A stretch of DNA of 23,164 bases, taken from NCBI GenBank assembly GCA_030141605.1, contig JAQGDQ010001860.1, forward strand, positions 1 through 23,164, read 5' to 3'. The DNA comes from Tubiluchus corallicola. Its lineage: Eukaryota; Animalia; Priapulida. Positions within the stretch are counted from its first letter, which is position 1. Every line of letters begins with the position of its first letter. A model generated the notes under the pieces. That model saw only the letters and a list, made by a program, of their open reading frames with translations, was not told where the DNA came from and searched no databases. Below, piece by piece: positions 1 to 23,164 of the stretch. Position numbers and translations under genes: made by a program.

Positions 1-42
1 AAAACTATATCACAAGCTATTCTTGTAGCTTGTTTTCCAGTT

Positions 43-70
43 GTGGGTTCGTATCCCACTTCTGACACCA
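43..70 (+). other. tRNA-Leu 3'-end copy with CCA (probable primer-binding site of a minus-strand LTR retrotransposon)
   Basis: GTGGGTTCGTATCCCACTTCTGACACCA corresponds to tRNA-Leu positions 49-76. The minus strand reads ...GCACA-C-TGGTGTCAGAAGTGGGAT, i.e. LTR-like end CA, 1 nt, then the PBS. Confidence 0.75.
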
Positions 71-71
71 G

Positions 72-391
72 TGTGCGTTCAGCCCTCACACAAAGAGGTT
101 GGGTGCAAAGCGCATTTAAAATGCAGGCAATAATCAGTTAAATTTAACAGAATTCATGACATAGGAAGCCTTTTCTCCAGAATCATTGCAAGCTGCTAAA
201 TGAACAGCAATCAACCAGTTCAACGAGTTCTTCTATTACTGATAGTACAGAGTACGGCTCGTGCAGAGAAGCCGGAAATGCCGAGATCACGATGCACTGA
301 AGAGATTGCCAACTACCAGTGACCTCATTTCTGGCGCTGCGATAATCGCTGTATTACGCTTTTTATGGTTTTGATATAAATTCACAGCATG
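72..391 (-). mobile_element. Putative LTR upstream of the PBS (right boundary uncertain; may extend past the hAT insertion to a TGTAGT at 953)
   Basis: Inferred only from the CA-n-PBS junction at 70-73. No second LTR or gag-pol is present in the window. Confidence 0.35.
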
Positions 392-399
392 CATTATAG

Positions 400-895
400 G
401 GGTGTGCAAATTATCTGACTAGCCGGGCCACATTAAACTTTCCCACAATTCCTGCGGGCCACAGGCAGTTTGATCAAGGAGCCAAGTACAGAAAGGCCTA
501 ATAACGATTTTTTGCATCCGACCTGCGTACATCATCACTACTACACTCAAGAAACTATTTTAGAAGTTATTAAAATTTATATTACAAACCATATATTTCT
601 ACTTTGAGGACAGATAGTGGTAATTTCATTACAATGTATATTAGTAATGTGTATCACACAGTCTGTGTAGTACAGTGACATTAAGCTACAACCATCTTGT
701 AAGGGTTAATGGCATCCGATCTAGTAGAAAAAACTACCCGCACTATCTTTGGGATTGTGGCACGGACTTCAGCTGGATACACTCAATTAATCGCCCGGGC
801 CGCACTTTCATTAGGTTGACAAATCTCTTCGCGGGCCGCACAAATTCTCTCGGCGGGCTGCAAGTGGCCCGCGGGCTGCAATTTGCACACCCCTG
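400..895. mobile_element. Non-autonomous hAT (Charlie/Buster-like) DNA transposon, copy 1
   Basis: TIR (CAG)GGGTGTGCAAAT...ATTTGCACACCCCTG. 8-bp TSD CATTATAG at 392-399 and 896-903; the left TIR has lost CAG. Carries GCGGGCC subterminal repeats. A near-identical inverted copy is at 21327-21809. Confidence 0.9.
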
Positions 896-973
896 CATTA
901 TAGCAATCTTAATAACCGATTTAAAATTGTTGTTATGCAATTATACAACTACATGGCATGGTATAGATGAAAA

Positions 974-1739
974 CAAGGATGTTACCAAACCTCAATTTGC
1001 AAACCGACACCGAAATTTATGAGACACAGGCAACCAACACCAAAAGATTTTTGCAAAACCAACTAGTATAAAAACTGAAAAAAAGAAAATTTTATAATAG
1101 GTAAAATATTTTGTTTTTTGTTTGTTTGCTTTTATTTGCTGTGATGCAAAATTAACGATAAAAAATTCTAATACAAAACACTATTATATACTATATATTA
1201 TATACTATATTATATATATTTTATAGTATCAAACTTCAAGCTTGATGGAGTGGGTTTCCTTAGAAAATCTGTTATAATGTTTTATGATTTGACTATTCTT
1301 AACGTTTAGTGTTTAAAAATCATAGTGCTTCATTAAAAATAAACACATTTTATTTTGTTGTCTATATTTCATAAATTATAAAATTAAATGTGATTTTACT
1401 CAAGTAAGTTCAAATGTGGTTGGATATTTCGGTTGATTGGGCCCGGAGACCCTAAAACTTCACAGTCATCAGCACTGAAGATGTGCCACATTGCTGGAAA
1501 AGCATGTCGTTGTAAACGAAATTTGTGCTTTTTTGAACTAATTAAGCGAAGAGTTTTCAGCGGTTTTTGACGTCTAGGACAAAAGAAAAAGTAAACTGGA
1601 TAAATACTAGTAAAACCTCGGTAAAATGACACAGGAAATTGTCAGAAATTATGGCTACGAAATTTAATAATCTTCGCCTCAACCAAAAGTGTAATTAGCG
1701 GCAAACCGAAACGAAAATTCAGTTTCAGTAACATCCTAA
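974..1739. mobile_element. Degenerate hAT-like MITE
   Basis: Inverted termini AGGATGTTAC (976-985) and GTAACATCCT (1728-1737). AAACCGA-like subterminal repeats at both ends. Flanks GATGAAAA/AATGAAAC resemble an 8-bp TSD. Confidence 0.55.
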
Positions 1740-1850
1740 AATGAAACCGACTGTCATCACGTGACCACGGGCTATATTGTCACTGGACGATTGTCGAAAA
1801 GACGCTAGTCGACAGTCGCTTAACAAATGGAACCAATTTCAATTTTCGAG

Positions 1851-2156
1851 CGAATGGCGACTTGGTGAACTATCATTGAAAATATAAACATTCTGTTTCT
1901 TGCTGCTAGTCACTAGAGGCGATCGCTGAGCATGATCACCAGTCATTCCAGTCGAATGGCAACTTGGTGAACTATCATTGAAAATATAAACATTCTGTTT
2001 CTTGCTGCCAGTCACTAGAGGTGATGGCCGAGCACAGTCGCAAGTCGTTCCAGTCGATTGGCAACTTGGTGAACTATCATTGAAAATATAAACATTCTGT
2101 TCCTTGCTGCCAGTCACTAGAGGCGATGGCTGAGCATGGTCGCTAGTCGCTCCAGT
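1851..2156. repeat. 102-bp tandem repeat, 3 copies
   Basis: The unit (CGAATGGC.ACTTGGTGAACTATCATTGAAAATATAAACATTCTGTT...) starts at 1851, 1953 and 2055. It explains ORF 1839..2117. Confidence 0.95.
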
Positions 2157-2212
2157 GTAGTCATAAGCATTAACTATCTACTAACTCAAAGGTGTTGAAT
2201 AAGCCCTTTCAT

Positions 2213-2586
2213 AGCCCTTTCACTGTGCAAGCACAGTTGCTATAGGTCAAAGGTTAAGTGTACCACAACAATGCGTATTAACTACAACCGTCACGTGACA
2301 TGTGGGTAATGCAAAACATCAGTTCAGTAACCTCAGTTGTTTTACTTGGACTTTACTTAATTATGCCTAGACTGCATACTGTGTGTAGAGTGATTTACTA
2401 GCAGGATCTTGCTTGGGAACAAGAAAAAATGAACTAGGTAAGGTACTAGGTAGCTGTTAAAACTGTTACTATTACAATAGCATGGGTTTCGAGGCATTGT
2501 CAAGTTTACACAAATGCGTTGTCTGCGTTCACTTAACCTTTGACCTTTTAAGGATCACGATTAATCGCTGGAATTGTGAAAAGGCT
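2213..2586. mobile_element. MITE with long imperfect TIRs (possibly PIF/Harbinger-like)
   Basis: Termini AGCCCTTTCAC / GTGAAAAGGCT. Inner inverted match AGGTCAAAGGTTAAGTGTAC (2244-2263) vs GTTCACTTAACCTTTGACCT (2527-2546), 19/20. Confidence 0.7.
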
Positions 2587-2608
2587 CGTTAATACTAGAA
2601 ACACTTAC

Positions 2609-22693
<20,085 letters not shown>

Positions 22694-23164
22694 GGAATTA
22701 CGATTTTGATATGAATATTGAAATAATTTTGAAATAAAGTAAATGATGTAATAATAGCAAGGAAACATAAGGAAAACATAATATGTAATTACGATTTTGA
22801 TATAGGCTGCGATGAATGAATAATTTCATTTAAATTGATTTATACCTTTTACTAATAAAGTAACAAAGTTCGTAATGGTACCTATTAGTAAAAGAAAAAC
22901 ATTAGTGCAAAAAGACACACGTGCACAAAAAAGAGAAAAAACCTCTGGTTTTCTACGTCAATGAATATTTACTAAGTAAAAATATCTTATATTGTTTGGT
23001 AGCTATTTGTATAGAAGGAGAGGAAATGATTGTATTGGGTACACTATTCCACAAAATAACTCATTGTGCTGTAAGGTATTTAAGCCATATGCTGTGTTAA
23101 ATCGTGTTTGAAAATAGTGCCCCATACTGGAAGACCTAGTATAGTGAGAGTGAACATCTTTGAT

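Noticed and set aside
675-1022. Duplicated small protein (also 21326..21529)
   Set aside because: Both ORFs lie in copies of the same non-coding hAT MITE, have no transposase motifs and start at GTG.
1-2608. Next ADAM10 exon (disintegrin, CGN...EECDCG)
   Set aside because: I found no such motif on the minus strand; the region is mostly transposon-derived, so the exon is presumably left of the window.

Overview
This is AT-rich animal genomic DNA, probably protostome, not prokaryotic. The backbone is the 5' half of an ADAM10/Kuzbanian metalloprotease gene on the minus strand. I reconstruct nine GT-AG coding exons with consistent phases: 22693-22612, 19102-18964, 17222-17101, 15619-15454, 12300-12189, 9694-9344, 5712-5520, 3476-3292 and 2789-2609. 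Together they give 1531 nt (510 codons + 1 nt) encoding a putative signal peptide, the prodomain and the catalytic domain ([11 protein letters not shown], Met-turn). The disintegrin, TM and tail exons must lie left of the window. The introns are full of repeats: hAT, pogo/Tigger-like, Kolobok-like and piggyBac-like non-autonomous DNA transposons, RTE, Rex1/Babar and L2/Crack LINE fragments, two tRNA-SINEs, a 5S rRNA pseudogene and several satellites, including a 2.9-kb 44-bp array. I see no convincing new protein-coding system. The most notable items are an inverted pair of Penelope-type hammerhead ribozyme repeats, a tRNA-Leu 3'-end copy with a mismatch exactly at position 58, an inverted hAT pair bracketing a frame-symmetric block of exons 2-9, a bipartite RTE derivative and a tandem duplication across the start codon. 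Family names come from recalled motifs, not database searches.
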